Positions 11,651 to 25,500 of a DNA stretch of 64,000 nucleotides are shown one piece after another (position 1 is the stretch's first letter; the number at the start of each line of letters is the position of its first letter). Origin of the DNA: Neodothiora populina (taxonomy: Eukaryota); assembly GCF_041146345.1 (NCBI RefSeq), contig NW_027191413.1:2666001-2730000 (forward strand), given 5' to 3'. Under the pieces are notes generated by a model that did not search any database, had not been told where the DNA came from, and was given only the letters and a program-made list of their open reading frames with translations. Position numbers and translations under genes: made by a program.

Positions 11651-12905
11651 CGCTGATATTGTAAGGTTGGTTTCTTTAAATGAATATATACCTCCAATAA
11701 TCTACAGAACACATGACAAGCTACTTCGAACATCAGTTAGAGAAAGGCAGCAAAACATCAACAGTGTTCCATTCTTCCTCCAACATGACTCACTCCTCAC
11801 AGTATCGAACCAGCATGCCAAATCCTAGACGCCAACATGCTATCCCCAAAACCCACCTACTGCAGCTCCTCGTCCGTCTGTACTGTACCTCAAGGAATAC
11901 GCCTCGTCATCGCTCAACCGCTCCCCCCAATTTCCGCTCTATCCGCACGAGCCAGCCAGCCATAACACCTAGAGGGAAGAGAGGAAATCGCACCTCTTGC
12001 TACCTGCCTTACTGTACCTTATTGAAACTCACAATACTTTGAGGTGCTATGATGCAGCTCTACTGTACATGCATGCCAGTGCAGTGTTTTGCGTTTCGCG
12101 TACTGTTCGCCCAACAGCGACAAAGTACCCGCCTCACTACAAGGCAACCCTGTCCAGCCCCAGTGAATGGCGCTTGTGTCTGCGAAACCGAGTTTCACTA
12201 TTCTAATTCAATACAATAGCATAAGGTAAGCTAGGTACCTTAGGTATCTTAGGTAGTACAACAGCAAGGCAAGCTACGTCATTGTCACCAAAGATTTTCG
12301 ATTGCAGCAGACGCAGTAGAAGCAGCCGGGGCAGCAGTGATGGATCTAATCCGGCACCGAATGGGATGTCGGCGGCTAGATCTGGTTCTGAGGGTTGCTT
12401 GAGCTGGCTGTACCTTACCTTGTGGGTGAGTAACCCAGTGGTCAAGACCTGCTGGCTGTCGCGCAGTACCTTTTTCCCTTTTGCTGCACTACTACTGCCT
12501 CTTTACACAGCAGATGTAATACGTTAGACTGAGTGCGTCAAGCGGCAGGAATCTTGCGAGAGAGTAGATGTAACATACAGACACTTCATGAGCAACCGTA
12601 CAGATCTTCACTGTGTTTCCGTATCTTGTTCATCTCCCATATCTGCTGCTGCTGCTTTAAAAGTGAAGAAAAACATACCACATACATAAATCCGTACATA
12701 CATACATGCATTCCAATCTACTGCTGCGAGAATAGTTTCATGCTTCGTTTCGAACAAGGAGAAAAATGGGAAAAGTGGAAACAGCATACACACAAACAGA
12801 CACGTAAATGCTTGACTTCTTCTTCTTGTTCTTCTTGTTCTTTTCTCGTCGTCTAAGCAAAGTCTCCCTCAAAACCCCAAGCAGCCAATGATACAATCAT
12901 CTACT

Positions 12906-15336
12906 TTACTGCACCTGGCTGACAATCTCGTTGGCCTTACCCAAGCTCTCGACCATCTGTTGACACTCCTTGCGCCTCCTGACGGTGTAGTCGGATTCCT
13001 TGAGCAGGTCGTCTAGTTCCTGCGCTCTGTACATTTGCTCCAATAGCTCCCTTTGCATTTCGTCCTTTGAGAATCTATTGGAGAGAAACAAGTTAGCATC
13101 GTGCAAATTTTACGAGTAAAAAACCCAAAGAAGTCGATTCGGAAACTTACTGGACAAGAGTCAACATGATGGCTTTGGGAACCATGTCGATCATTGTACG
13201 TCTGACAATGTTGAAGTAACTGGTAATCAGCAGCTTGATAACCTCGACCTCCTGAGTTTCCTTCTCGCTGAGTGTGCCGCTGGCCTTGAGAGTGGGTGGC
13301 GGGGGCTCCATGGCTGCCATCTTCTTCTTGTTCTTGCTGGCAAAGAATGATCCGAAGAAACCTGATCCGTTGTCTGTGCCATCGGTGGAGAGAGAGGGGC
13401 TTGCGGAGCGGGGAGGAATGGTGGGAGGAAGGGGCTTTCCGGTCTTAGGGTCGACTTGGACAGGTCGGGCAGCGTTGTGGCGCTCGTTCACGATGGCCAT
13501 GGCGCGGTGACCATTCAGGAAATCGGGGTGACCGGTGTTGATGTAGCATGACTCCATGGCCACGAGGTCCCTGACAAGCTTGTTGGTAGGATCCATGACT
13601 TTCTTGAAGAAGCCAATGACGACCTGGTATAGCTTCTCTTTCAATGATGGATACCTCCGGAAGAGCGGCTTGTTGAGCAGTTGCGAGAGAATGCGCACGA
13701 GTTCGTCGTAGACAAGAGACACACACTTCAAGCTAGGGTCTTCCAGTCTCTTGATTTGTTGCTTCACAATCAGCTCAAACGCAGTGGTTCCCACGAACAG
13801 AGCAGGGGAGGAACCAGACGAGTTGTACAGGATGGTGCGGATGTCAATGTCCTTGACCTGATCGAAGGGGTCGACAGCCTTGACACCGTTGGAGTAAAGT
13901 TCGTGGAAGACAAAAGATATTCTGGCACCTCCAGAAAGTTCAATGCTGGACAGCTCTTGGTTGTTGCCGTCGAGCACTGTGCGGTATTCGTTGGAGAACT
14001 CGGTGATGATGTTGAGGACGATGTTGGAAGCGTTCCCGAGCATTGAGTCACCAAGTGAGACGAGCTCGGCCGAGTATTTCTGTAGAGAAGCGGATATTCT
14101 GGCCTTGATGTCGGGCAGAGTCTGCTTGATGTGCATCATCAGGATGAGATTGAGCTTTCGTGCAAGGTAGGGTGTGCCGCAGTAGCTGGCCTTGTTGCGA
14201 TAAGCCTTGTGGGACTCAAAGTAGTTTCTCTCGTGCTCGAGGGCGTATGAAATTGGTCTCTTATTCTCAATGTCTCTTTGGCCTCTGTTCACGACGGGGA
14301 CGTAGCCAAGTCTCAGGGGGATAATGCGACCCGCGAGGATGTCGACCACATCGGTTCCCTCGTCCATCAGATCGACCTTTGTCAAGACACCGATAGTCCT
14401 CTGACCCTCGGGATCGACCTCTCGCGCGAGCTTTAGACCGTCCGAGTTGGCCAAATCCGTGTTTGCTGCAGTGACTGCGAGAATGATGGCGTTGGGCTTG
14501 CTGATCTGCTTCAGGACCATCTCTCGAATCTGTCTCTCGATATCTCTTGGCTGATCTCCGACAGGCACCTTGGTCAGACCGGGCAAATCGACAAGGGTGA
14601 GTGTAAGGACATTGGGCGAGTAGATGCGAAGGTTGATGGGAGCGGGTGAGATGCCGGCGTTCTTGCCCGTCTTGGAGTCTGTCTCGCGGACAATTTCCTC
14701 TCTGATCTTGTTGAAGTCGTAGAACTTTTCACCCGGGATGTGCAGAAACTCGCCCCATTCTTCCACGTTGGCGGCCGAGTCTGTGGTGCCCTCGATTGCG
14801 GAGCCATTTGTTGATGGCAATGGCTGGCGATTCACGAGTTGGAGAATCAGTGGCCGTCTCGTGACAATACCAGTACCACGCGGTAGACTGCGATTCTAGT
14901 CAGCGCTCCTGCTAGATCAGATGGATTGCATGTCTGGTGATTGATCAGGCATCAAGACGACCCTGAAGCAATAAATCAGGAGGAAAGGTAGGTGAGGGCG
15001 CACAAGTCTCGTCCAACAATGTTTTCCAACACCGAACTCTTGCCACTTGACTGCGAACCAACGACAGCAATCTGAGGGAGATCTATGGGGTTTTGGACCT
15101 GTTGCGCGATCTGTCAGAGACCTGTCCTTTTGTTGCTTATCGTTGTTGTGATTATCATGTGCTCAACGTACTCCGACAGTGGTGAAGACATCCTGTAACT
15201 TGTTGACCAGGGTGATCAATCCCGGGTCGTTTACATTGATCCTGCACGAGCGAAAGTGTCAGAATTCCATCGTCATCGTTGTTTATTGCAGACGTAGTTG
15301 TGTTCGAGAGACTCACGCATTCGCGTTAATAGCCAT
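12906..15336 (-). CDS. VPS1: Dynamin-like GTPase Vps1
   Basis: [27 protein letters not shown]1 motif [22 protein letters not shown], middle and GED domains. Several canonical introns; ends IVSQVQ*. Confidence 0.97.
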
Positions 15337-16028
15337 CTCTGGCGGTCAACAATAAAGCCCTCCTTGTTGATCCTATCTCGAGCTGGCTGCAGTGGTCGAA
15401 GAGTCTATTGGGCGGCGACTCTGGAAAGAGGATTCTTGTCTCAACAGAAAGATAGAGAGAGAATTAAAGTAGAGGAAAGGTCGAATATTGATTGTATTGT
15501 AAAAATGGTGAAATGCGATAGGCAACTCTTTTACATGGAAGTAATGTACATCTTTCAGCTTCACTCTTGGGGTTTCCCTTAGAGCCCAGCGGCCGCTTGG
15601 AGCTTCGTACTTGCCCATCTCAGGGTGACGTTTCCCTCCTGCTCCCTGCGCCTGCCCTCTCTTCGTCCTCTTTGCCCTGCTGCCTTCCTACCGCAGCACG
15701 ACGTCCATGCGCCACCTTGACCTTTTCTCCCCAGTCGGCAGTGCACGGTTGCACCCTTGCCAAGGATTATAGTACAGTCAGGCAGTATTATCGTTGTAGT
15801 TGCAGAGTACGCCTCACATTACTCTTCCCTGTCGCCTGCAGCATGTGTCTTTTGACTACATATGCGCACAGTGATTTCAAGCAAAAGCAAGAACGGAGAG
15901 AAGTCTGGGCACCACAGAAGAAATCGTGTTCCTGGTGTCAGTAAACAATGACGGAAATTCTGCCGCTCTGTGCATCACACCGCTTCGTCGTAATTACAGC
16001 AGCAGCCTTATTCTATCCTATCCACAGT

Positions 16029-19000
16029 CTAAGCTTTACTGTCGAGCGAGAAATCTATCTTCCATCCACCGCCGATGGTAACACCGGGATTGCGCACCAC
16101 CGCCCAGTCCGCCTTGCCAGATTCTCCGGCGAACCACTTCAGCGGTACGTCCTTGGCCTCGCTGCTCTTCGACGCTCCCTCTTCCGCCACCCTGACTTCG
16201 CTCTTGTGCTTCCACGAGGCTGGTGCATTGACGATGATGATCTTCTCAACCCGCACAGACTTCATCTCGTCCAGGTATGCCTTGGTCTTCTTGCCAGCCA
16301 TTGACAAATCTGTCGAAGTCAAAGACACAGTCTCGGCATCGTACTTGAAGTGCCGATGGATATATGCACCCTGCTCGTAGTCGTACGACTCGCCATCGTC
16401 GAGGTAGACATCACCCTCGGCATCGCCAGCGTTGCCAAGAACAATGACCAGGGTGAATGGATCATACTTCATCAGCCCGCTGGAGCGTCGAGGCCGATCT
16501 CTGCGAGGGAAGATGTGGCCACCTCTCATGAGCAGTGGCACCTTCTCCAGAGGCGCCTCGACCTCGACGTGCCCTGGTCCTTTGTGCTGGGTGTAGTCGG
16601 AATAGTCAAAGTACTTTTCGCCATCGGGGAGGTAGATATCGACACTCGTTGCGCCCTCCTGAGTTACTGGCTTCACTAAAAGTCCACTTGAGCCAAGGTA
16701 CATCTGGTCGTCGATTGAGAAGCCCTTCTCGTCGCCGGGGTGCACGTAGTACATGGGCTTCACCACTGGCTCGCCAGAGGTACTTGCTGCATGGAAAGCT
16801 GTGTACCATGTAGGTAGTAATGCATATCTGAGTCGGAGAGCCTGGGTGATGATGCCCCTTTCAACCTCGGGAAGCAGGTAAGGTTCGCGGCGGCGTGTAT
16901 CGATATGCGCGTGGGCGCGGAAGAAGGGATAAAAGGCTCCAGCTTGGTACCATCTAGTCAACAGCTCCTTTTCGGGGTTGCCAAAGAAACCTCCAACGTC
17001 GGCGCCGGCAAATGGGAACCCGGTCACACCCAAAGACAAGATCATGGGGAGAGACTCCTTGAGGTGAGACCACTCAGCCTGATTATCACCTGTCCACATG
17101 GCTCCCATTCTCTGAGATCCCGCATAGAAGGATCGAGTCAGGACAAATGGACGCACACCGCCAGCTTTCTCCTCTTCCTTGTTTCGCGCAACCAGACCGT
17201 CAAAGGTAGCATTGACGAGCGTCAGACCATTAAGATTGTGAACGTCTCTGTGTTCCCAGCCTCCGTGATGCAGGTTGTCCTTGGGCATAGTCGTCTCGGG
17301 TCCGTTGAAGACAGAAGGCTCGTTCATGTCATTCCAAAGCCAGAGGTTGTGGGCCGACCCGAGAAACTTCTTGTATTGGAACAGCGAAGCCCACCATGCC
17401 CGTGCAGCTGGAGAAAAGCAGTCGACCCAGTGTGACGATCCGGGCCAGCACCATCCTTCGTAGATGTTTCCGTCCTTGTTGTGTGTTGCAAAATCCTTGG
17501 ACTTCAACTCGTCAACGATCGGATAGTTTGCTTCGTTCTTGATGTGGGGATCAATGATGGCCACTAGTTTCCTCTCGTGTTCATCCAACTGTTCCTGCAT
17601 CTCAATCGGCTTCGGGAAGGTCATAGGGTCCCAAGTGAAGTATTTCTTGCCATCGGTGTATTCGATGTCAAGCCAGATCACATCGTAGGGGATGTTGAAC
17701 TTGTCAAACTTGCGGTCGACGTCTTTGACATCCTCATCTGTTACGTAGTTCCATCGGCACTGATGATGAGCGATGGCGAAGTGTTGAGGTAGCTGAGTGT
17801 AACCAGTGAGTCCAGTGAAGGCGCCGACGACGTCTTTGGGAGTTGGGCCAAGGAAAACAAAGACGTCAAGCAGGCCAGATTCGGAGAACCAGTGGGTCTT
17901 GGTGTCAGTCTCGCTACCAATTCCCAGGCTCAGCGGGTTGGCTGCGGATTTGGACTTGACAATGTCAATCCATGTCTCGGCAGCATTCAGCCAGAAGACG
18001 CCGACGGTGGAGTCCTTCTTGTGTGCCTGCATGAAAGGAATGGAGCCGTAGAGTGTCATTGGACTGTTCATCTCATACTCGAAGACATCGGCATTGTAAA
18101 GACGGTAAGGCTCATCGAAATTGCCATCGCCGCCACGAGTCTGTCTGAGAGACAGGGGTCCAGTATGTTCGGCCACGCCATACACATGTTCGTAACCGGG
18201 GAATGTGACGTCAAGAGCGACGCTTTCAGGACCTTTGGGCTTAGAGTCGGTGTTTCCTCCAAATGACTCGTCCCACCATGTGCTTTCATCTTCTGCTGCA
18301 GGATCTTCTACAGGCTCGCTTGCCTCTTCGCCCTCCTTGATCTCTTTTGCAGGCTTGTCGACCTTTGGACGCCAGTGCTCCATGTTGAGAAGACCTCTTT
18401 CGTTGAGCAACACTTGGGTGACGCCATCCCGCTTGAAGTCGATGCTCAGAGGAGAATGAGAGATGATAGCTTCGAACTTGCTCATGGGACCGTAGATCAC
18501 CTTGGTGGTGCCCGTCTCCGAGCCCTTGCTGATGGCAGCTCCAGCACTAAGCTGGGTGCCACCAACAATAGCCCACTTCTCGGCTTCATTGTAGCGCTCC
18601 TTTCGGGCCTTGGAACCGTGTCTGAGCTCTATGTCTCCAGTCTGACGCTTCTCTTCGTCCAAGGTGACTCTTGCGGTGCCTGATTCCAAGAAGCTGATGG
18701 TAATGGGTAGACGGACTGATTGACCAGTAGTAGCGAGAGTCTTGATGACATTTCCGGTCAATTGGCCCTTGTCGAATTTGATTGATGCGGGGTCTAAGGC
18801 ATAGGGACTAGACCAGGACGAAGTGGTGGCAGCCGAGTCCGCATAATCTCTGTTCCTCTTGCAGAAACCAGATTGGCTGCATGTCTTGAAATTCTCTTTC
18901 TTTACAGACACTGGAAATTCAAACAGTGAGTGAAAGTGTTATATTAAATAAGAAGATGTCACTATTGCAATAACCTACCTGCTGGTGTGAACAAGCAACA

Positions 19001-19066
19001 CAGCGCTGTGAAGAGGAGAAAGACATAGGTCCACTTGGAGAACCTATTGACATTGGCGGCATTCAT
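16029..19066 (-). CDS. ROT2: ER glucosidase II alpha subunit (GH31)
   Basis: Signal-peptide exon (MNAANVNRFSKWTYVFLLFTALCCLFTPA), one intron, then FKTCSQSGFCKRNR, catalytic WNDMNEPSVF, WTGDN, HAHIDT. Confidence 0.96.
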
Positions 19067-19536
19067 GACGCTCGTTTCACCAACCAATCCCTTCGACGAT
19101 CGGAGTGATGTGGCCTAAAAGTATTTCCAGAAGGGAAATGGAGATCAACAGAAGACGATGGTGGAGTTGCTAGCTGTTCACTGCTTGCGGTACACTTAAG
19201 TTCGGACCCTAAGGTTTACCCCCGAATCTTGGGGGGAATCGACTGGGGAAGACGCTTTGATGCGAGGCGCTTGCTTGACTCGCTGCACTTCCATTCATTA
19301 ATTCTGAGAGAAGCGATATGATGTTGCCAGCCAAATCTAGATCGCACTGAGAGGGCATATGTGTGTTTCTGTAGGCGCTCAAAGGCTCAAGGAAGTCCAT
19401 CACAAACGCCATCAAGATTCGTGAGCGTTTTGTATTTGTCCACATCCAATCATTCTAAGCTAGATCTTAGATTCGGGGAATGCGACTGAACAGTTCCACT
19501 TCACTCTTACTTGTAACTCACTTTTGTTTCATCTTC

Positions 19537-20028
19537 ATGGTTTCCACTTAATGCGAAATTCAGCGGCTAAAGTCACATGATGATCTCAAGGTTGCAGATC
19601 TCGATGCCATAAGTTACTGAGCACTAACTCCTCCCTTCACTAGAAGATAGTAGTGGACGGAGACGAATTCAATGAATCTGAATGATGAACGCACTGCTCA
19701 AGAGAGTATCACTGGTCTGAATAAAGGTCCTGTGACTCAAAGCGGCGAGAGCTTTGAGTGGTTGGGTGACGGCAAGCATACCGCCGTGTTATCAATTAGG
19801 CTCAACCACTATCACGAAATGAGACGCAAGGGCGTAGATGTGGCATCGCAGAAGGAGATGACAGCTACGCTTTCGCTTGTCAACCTCACTCCCCGAAAGC
19901 TCTTAGTGACTGAATTGCAATCCGTCGCTATTAGTTTGGGACGGCGCTTGCAGAAGCGCCCAATTGGCGCTCTCAGCGATACTGAGGAGCAGGCAACACC
20001 CAAGAGGCGTATTGCCTCCAAGCGCTAG
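19537..20028 (+). pseudogene. Decayed orphan gene, copy A of a tandem pair
   Basis: One frame from ATG 19537 reads MVST*CEIQRLKSHDDLKVADL..Y*..RR**WTE..EMRRKGV..RLQKRPIGALSDTE; collinear with copy B. Confidence 0.6.
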
Positions 20029-20210
20029 CCTGTGCAGGCCTGCATCAAGGAAGTCTGGTATCTCCAATTGTAAGCTATACAAGATATGCAGTGCTGAGTG
20101 GAGTCATGTGACCATATAATTGTCAAACCACGATCTTCGAGATCGTGCGGTTTTCTCGAATGCCTGTGGGCTATGGACATATACTGGTGCAGGCTCCTTG
20201 TCGGTGTACT

Positions 20211-20819
20211 ATGGCTTCTACCCACCATGTACTCGAATACGCCAATTTCACTGGCGAGATTCAAGTCGTCAAGGCTATGCAGTCGATAAACCCACGATAA
20301 GTGTACACGCAAGTACGTGATTTTGAGCATCACCACGGGCTCAAAGATGATCTCACACGTTCGAGCTGGGCATATGTGCTTGGAAACGGGTCGAAACCCC
20401 TGGAGAGGAGCAGACGGGGATACGAATGGACAGAACACGAAGAGAGTGGCGAAAGCGTACGTTTGGAAGCGGGTGGTGAATCATACATCTGTACTATCAA
20501 GGGTGAGAAGGTCTGGGTCATCAACGCAATGGCGAAGAACAGGAAGGCTCGCAGACTCGCATATAAACCTGACCTTCGCCGTAAGGGAGTGAACACCAAT
20601 ATTCCTAAGAGGAGCCGAGCTGCGCTTTGCATGGTCGACCGCGCACCTCCATTAGCTCTAGCAACAGTACCTTGGGGAACATCAAATCAGCGCTGGGAAC
20701 AGCGTCTACAGAAGCGTGGTGCTTTAAGCAATACAGAGCCTAAGCCCAGAAGGCGTGTTGTCACCGGCCTCAAAGAAGGACCCGACTCTGGATGCAGGCA
20801 TGCATCAGGGAAAGAGTAG
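20211..20819 (+). pseudogene. Orphan gene with one premature TAA, copy B of a tandem pair
   Basis: ATG 20211 MASTHHVLEYANFTGEIQVVK..PR*(TAA 20298-20300), then in frame with the 172-aa ORF containing DLRRKGV and RLQKRGALSNTE. Confidence 0.6.
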
Positions 20820-21496
20820 TATCTCCAGCAGTAAGTTATGCGAGCTATACAGTGCTGGGGGAATGCACACGATCATATTTTGATGAATGACTGACCAACG
20901 AATGGATGGACAACGAGTCCTTGGTGAATAGTCAATGAGTCTCTAATGACTAGCAATTGCTAACTCAGTGGATAATAACTGACTAGAAGACGAGTTCATT
21001 TATACTCTGCAATCATAGTAATTCTAATCAGCTCTTAGCCTTCGGGCATCTACTTACATACATGAAACAGGCAATACTGCAGTCGTCAGACACTCGCAAT
21101 ACCCTTTCAAGTGATCTCTGTACGATCATTGGAAGCAGACCTTGAAGTTCAAAGAAGTCTGGACCAACCCCTACGAGTCGATCTTTTCTTCGATGAAGTC
21201 ATAGACGTTTTTGCCTGAGATACCTTATAACACTGGATGGATGTCTCATCGAAGTCTCATCGAAGGAAACGTGTGGTCCCGGTTCGAGGTGGACCGTGCC
21301 TCAACAGACCCTGGACAAATATGATCAAACCCCACCAAAGAAACTGGAAGCTCCACCCAGAATCAAAAAGTCGGTGTTGATGGCCTCAGCTCTGCCAGAT
21401 CAACCATCTTCCCCTCCTCTAATCTTCAACTTTCTCGGACCCAAAGACCGTTCTCACCTTACCATTGTCAATCAATCCATCCAACAGAAACTCGCC

Positions 21497-22308
21497 ATGT
21501 CTTCCTCCGAGCAGACGTTTGTCTACCCTATCAGTCCTTGCCGATGAGGGGCAAAACGTGAAAAATGCTAACCGCCGATCCAGCTTCATTGCCATCAAGC
21601 CTGACGGTGTTCAGGTACGTTTTGCCTTCACCTACCTGTCCACGAAGATGATACTGACATATCACAGCGCGGTCTTATCGGCCCCATCATCAGCCGTTTC
21701 GAGGCTCGTGGGTATGTGTCTTCGATCCCAAAGACCTTCCTTGACTTATCTCTCCATCTTTCACCGCCTTCGATTCGCCCTACGTATGAGTATGTTCTGA
21801 CAAAGGACGACCACAGCTACAAGCTTGCCGCCATCAAGCTCGTCACTGCTTCCAAGGAGCACCTCGAGAAGCACTACGCTGATCTCGCCGGCAAGCCTTT
21901 CTTCCCTGGTCTTATCACCTGTATGTGAAACGCACAACCCAACGAAATCACGACCGTCATGCTGATCCAAACAACTCAAGACATGGGTTCCGGCCCCATC
22001 TGCGCCATGATCTGGGAGGGCCGTGACGCCGTCAAGACCGGCCGTGTCCTCCTCGGTGCCACCAATCCTCTTGCCTCCGCCCCTGGCACCATCCGTGGTG
22101 ACTTCGCCATTGTACGTTTAGAGTCCAAACATATAGATAGATAGACCGAACAGTCTACTAACATCTTGTCATCTAGGATGTCGGCCGCAACGTCTGCCAC
22201 GGCTCTGACTCCGTCGAGAACGCCCAGAAGGAGATCGCTCTCTGGTTCAAGCCTGAGGAGATCAACAAGTGGACCAGCGCTCAGGCCTCTTGGGTCTACG
22301 AGAAGTAG
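21497..22308 (+). CDS. NDK1: Nucleoside diphosphate kinase
   Basis: Six exons: [39 protein letters not shown], catalytic NVCHGSDS, ends WVYEK*. Confidence 0.98.
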
Positions 22309-23047
22309 ATTCTCGTCTGATTTGGCATAGTATTCGACTGGGAAGATAAAATACACCTTATGGTGACATATATAGCCCTTTATACATCCAAAATCCGCAA
22401 TGATCTCGTCCATGAACGCCCGAATATGCTCTGTGAACCACAGAAGTGTTATGGAAGGCTCTACTAAAATGCAGTGAATGAAGTTATGGTTTAAGCATCA
22501 TACGTTGCCCGCGACATGTCACTGTACTTTTCAACAACGATATGAAGTGACCGAGGAGTTTCTCGGACGATCAATTGGCTACATCTGCTCAAGACTTGAT
22601 GATGAGCAGGAAACATGTACACAGGATGGACACGTGGATCACTCTTGCCGAAATTGCTACGGATTCTTGTAGAGGATAACGACTGCCAATATTCAAGCCA
22701 AGCGTCCATTGCTGTTGCCTCACTGTTTTCTAGAACCTACATGAGGCTAGGGCTTCATTACCCTGATTCCGGTTGTTAACAGAACTCACTCGTGCCTGTA
22801 CTATGCTTTCACACGTAATGGACGAGGGTCAGGTCGGATTCATTGCGGCTGTGGTGTGCTCAGCCACTGGTGCGTGCTCTTGGCGCGTCCTATCACCTAT
22901 TAAGCTCCTATGTACTTGCCCCTCATCATCTCTGTCCATTCCATATAAACACCCAGATATTCAGAAATCAGTATACGACGCATCCCGGACAAACCAGCCC
23001 GTGAATATCATCAAACCAAGCTACCTTACTGAACACAGCCTACTATT

Positions 23048-25500
23048 ATGGGTGTAAGTCAGGCATCTCCGCCCCTCTCCGCCAGCTGTTCGCTGTGACT
23101 GGCAGCCATACCCCGCCATGTCGTCACCGAGAAAGCTGGCGGCCATGAACCGATCGTTCAATGTTGGAAGAAACAACCTGAGCTGACGATGATATTGTGA
23201 TAGCTTGCTTCGAAACTCGCCGCAGCTCAAGGCGGTGCGCCTCCAGCAGGAGGCTCATACGGAGCACCTCCACCACAGCAGGGTGGACCTGGCGGCCAAA
23301 GGCCAGGAGGATACGTAAGGCCCCAAGTCGGATTTACTGTGCCGCAGGGGCTAGTCTGCTGACGCATTGAAATCAAAAGCCTGGACAGCAAACCTACCAA
23401 GCCTACCCGGTAAGTTTATTCTTATTATAATCGTCATTTCTCAATTCCCATCCATCTTTTCAACTGTCTTGCAATCTTTTGTCGCCATGTCCGGTCGTCC
23501 CTACCAAGCATATCCGGGTGCATACGGATCCGGCGCAAGTCAAAGTCCGTATCCATCATCATCATCATCATCATCGCAGCCGCCATACACAAATTCTCCA
23601 TTCCAGTCGCAACCGCCTGCCTCGCAACCTGGTTATTCTTCGCCTGCGCCCTATGGCCAGAGTCAACAATACCAACCATACCCCCAGCAACAGCCCTATC
23701 CTCAGCAGAGCTATGGCCAACCCCAGTCGCAACAAGGAGCATATAATCGTCCTCCTCCACCCCCCCCACCACAACTGAGACCCGGTGGTGGATACCCCTC
23801 CTCACCGGCGACTCCATTTGGCCAGAGTCAACCATATGGGGGTGCTCCAAGTCAACCATATGGCGGCGCGCAGCCCTATGCAGGTTCTCCGGCACCGGGT
23901 TATCCTTCCACTTCACCGTACCCTCAAGGAGCTGGCTATGTTCGTCTCACGATTGATTGCTGCACACCATTACACAAAGAACAAAGTCGATTTTGCAGGA
24001 TCTCAAGCTGACCGACTATCACAGGGTGGACAACAGCAGCCGCCTCAGGGACAGGGTTATCCGCCCCAGGGAGGTGCCCCAGGTGGATACCCCTCTCAAC
24101 AGCAGGGACAGTACGGCCAGCCTCCACAACAACAGTACGGCCAGCCCCCCCAGCAGTACGGCGGAGCACCTCCCCAGCAATCTCAGCCTGCCGGTCCTGC
24201 TGAGGTCGCAGCCTATAAGCAGTCTCTCCAGCAGACGATCCAGGAGAAGGGTCTCCAGGCTTTCTACCCGCCGAACTCACCACAACTCGACCAGATCGCC
24301 CAGCGCGCCGCCATGCAGATCGATCGCCTGTGCCAGGCGTGGCGCATCAACAAGGAGATTGGCAATGACATTGTCAAGCTCGCCCTTTACGATGTGGTCA
24401 TCTACGTTGACGACAGTGGATCTATGCAGTTCGAAGAGAAGGGAGAGCGCATCAAGGACCTGCAGCTTATCCTCGAGCGCGCTGCCTTCGCCGCGACTCT
24501 GTTCGACGAGGATGGTATTGACGTCCGCTTCATGAACCAGAACCCGCCGGAGCCCATGATTTCAGGCATCAAGAACAGCCAGCAGATTGAACAGCTTATC
24601 ATGAGCCACAAGTTCAGCGGTCTTACTCCTATGGGCACTGAGCTCAGGAAGAAGGTGATTGATGGAATCGTGCTCAACAAGTTGCGCAGCGGACAGATGC
24701 GCAAGCCTGTGCTTGTCATTGCCATTACCGACGGTCAACCCGCAGGCGAGCCCACAGACGCGGTTTTCGATGCCATTCGCTACGCCAATGCTGAGATCAG
24801 CCGCTCGCAATACGGCCCAGGCGCGGTAGCTTTCCAATTTGCCCAGGTCGGCAACGATGAGAAGGCTCGTGAATTCCTGAGCAAGCTTGATGAGGATCCT
24901 GTTGTCGGACGTCTCGTAGACTGCACTTCGAGTATGCATACGTTGCGGCCCTACAATGAGAGCGCAATGCTAACAGGATTTCAGACTACGAAAACGAATC
25001 TGCTGAGATGGCTCGCGCCAACCCTCCTGTCGATTTGACTCCTGATCTTTGGGTATGTAGATGCGAACCTTACTCGCTTGTACCTGTTTTAACACGCAGC
25101 AGATCATTAAGCTCCTTCTCGGCGCGGTTGACCCGTCCTACGATACCAAGGTACGACGTGTCGATGTCCCCCAATCTTGCTGTCCTTCAATTCTGACATG
25201 ACTTAGGATGAGAAATCCAATGCTCCCCAGCAGGGCTATGGTACACCTCAAGGTGGATATGGAGGACCACAGGGTGGCTACGGCGGACCTCAGGGCGGCT
25301 ATGGAGGAGCTCCACAAGGCGGACAATACGGTGGTCCTCCTGCGGGCCAATACGGCGCCCCTCAAGGCGGACCTCCCGGCGGTTACGGAGCCCCCCAGGG
25401 TCAGGGTCAAGGTCAGTATGGTCGCCCTCCTCCAGGCCCTCCAAGCTACGGACAGCCGCAGGGTGGCTACGGTGCACCACCACCACCTCCCAGGTACTAA
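23048..25500 (+). CDS. Pro/Gln/Gly/Tyr-rich VWA-domain protein (RfeF-like); alternative first exon at 23487
   Basis: Exons 23048-53, 23204-314 and 23380-409 splice in phase 0 to 24025. MIDAS-like YVDDSGSM, GLTPMG, IAITDGQP, FQFAQVGND; GYGGPQG-repeat tail ends TAA 25498-25500. Confidence 0.88.
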
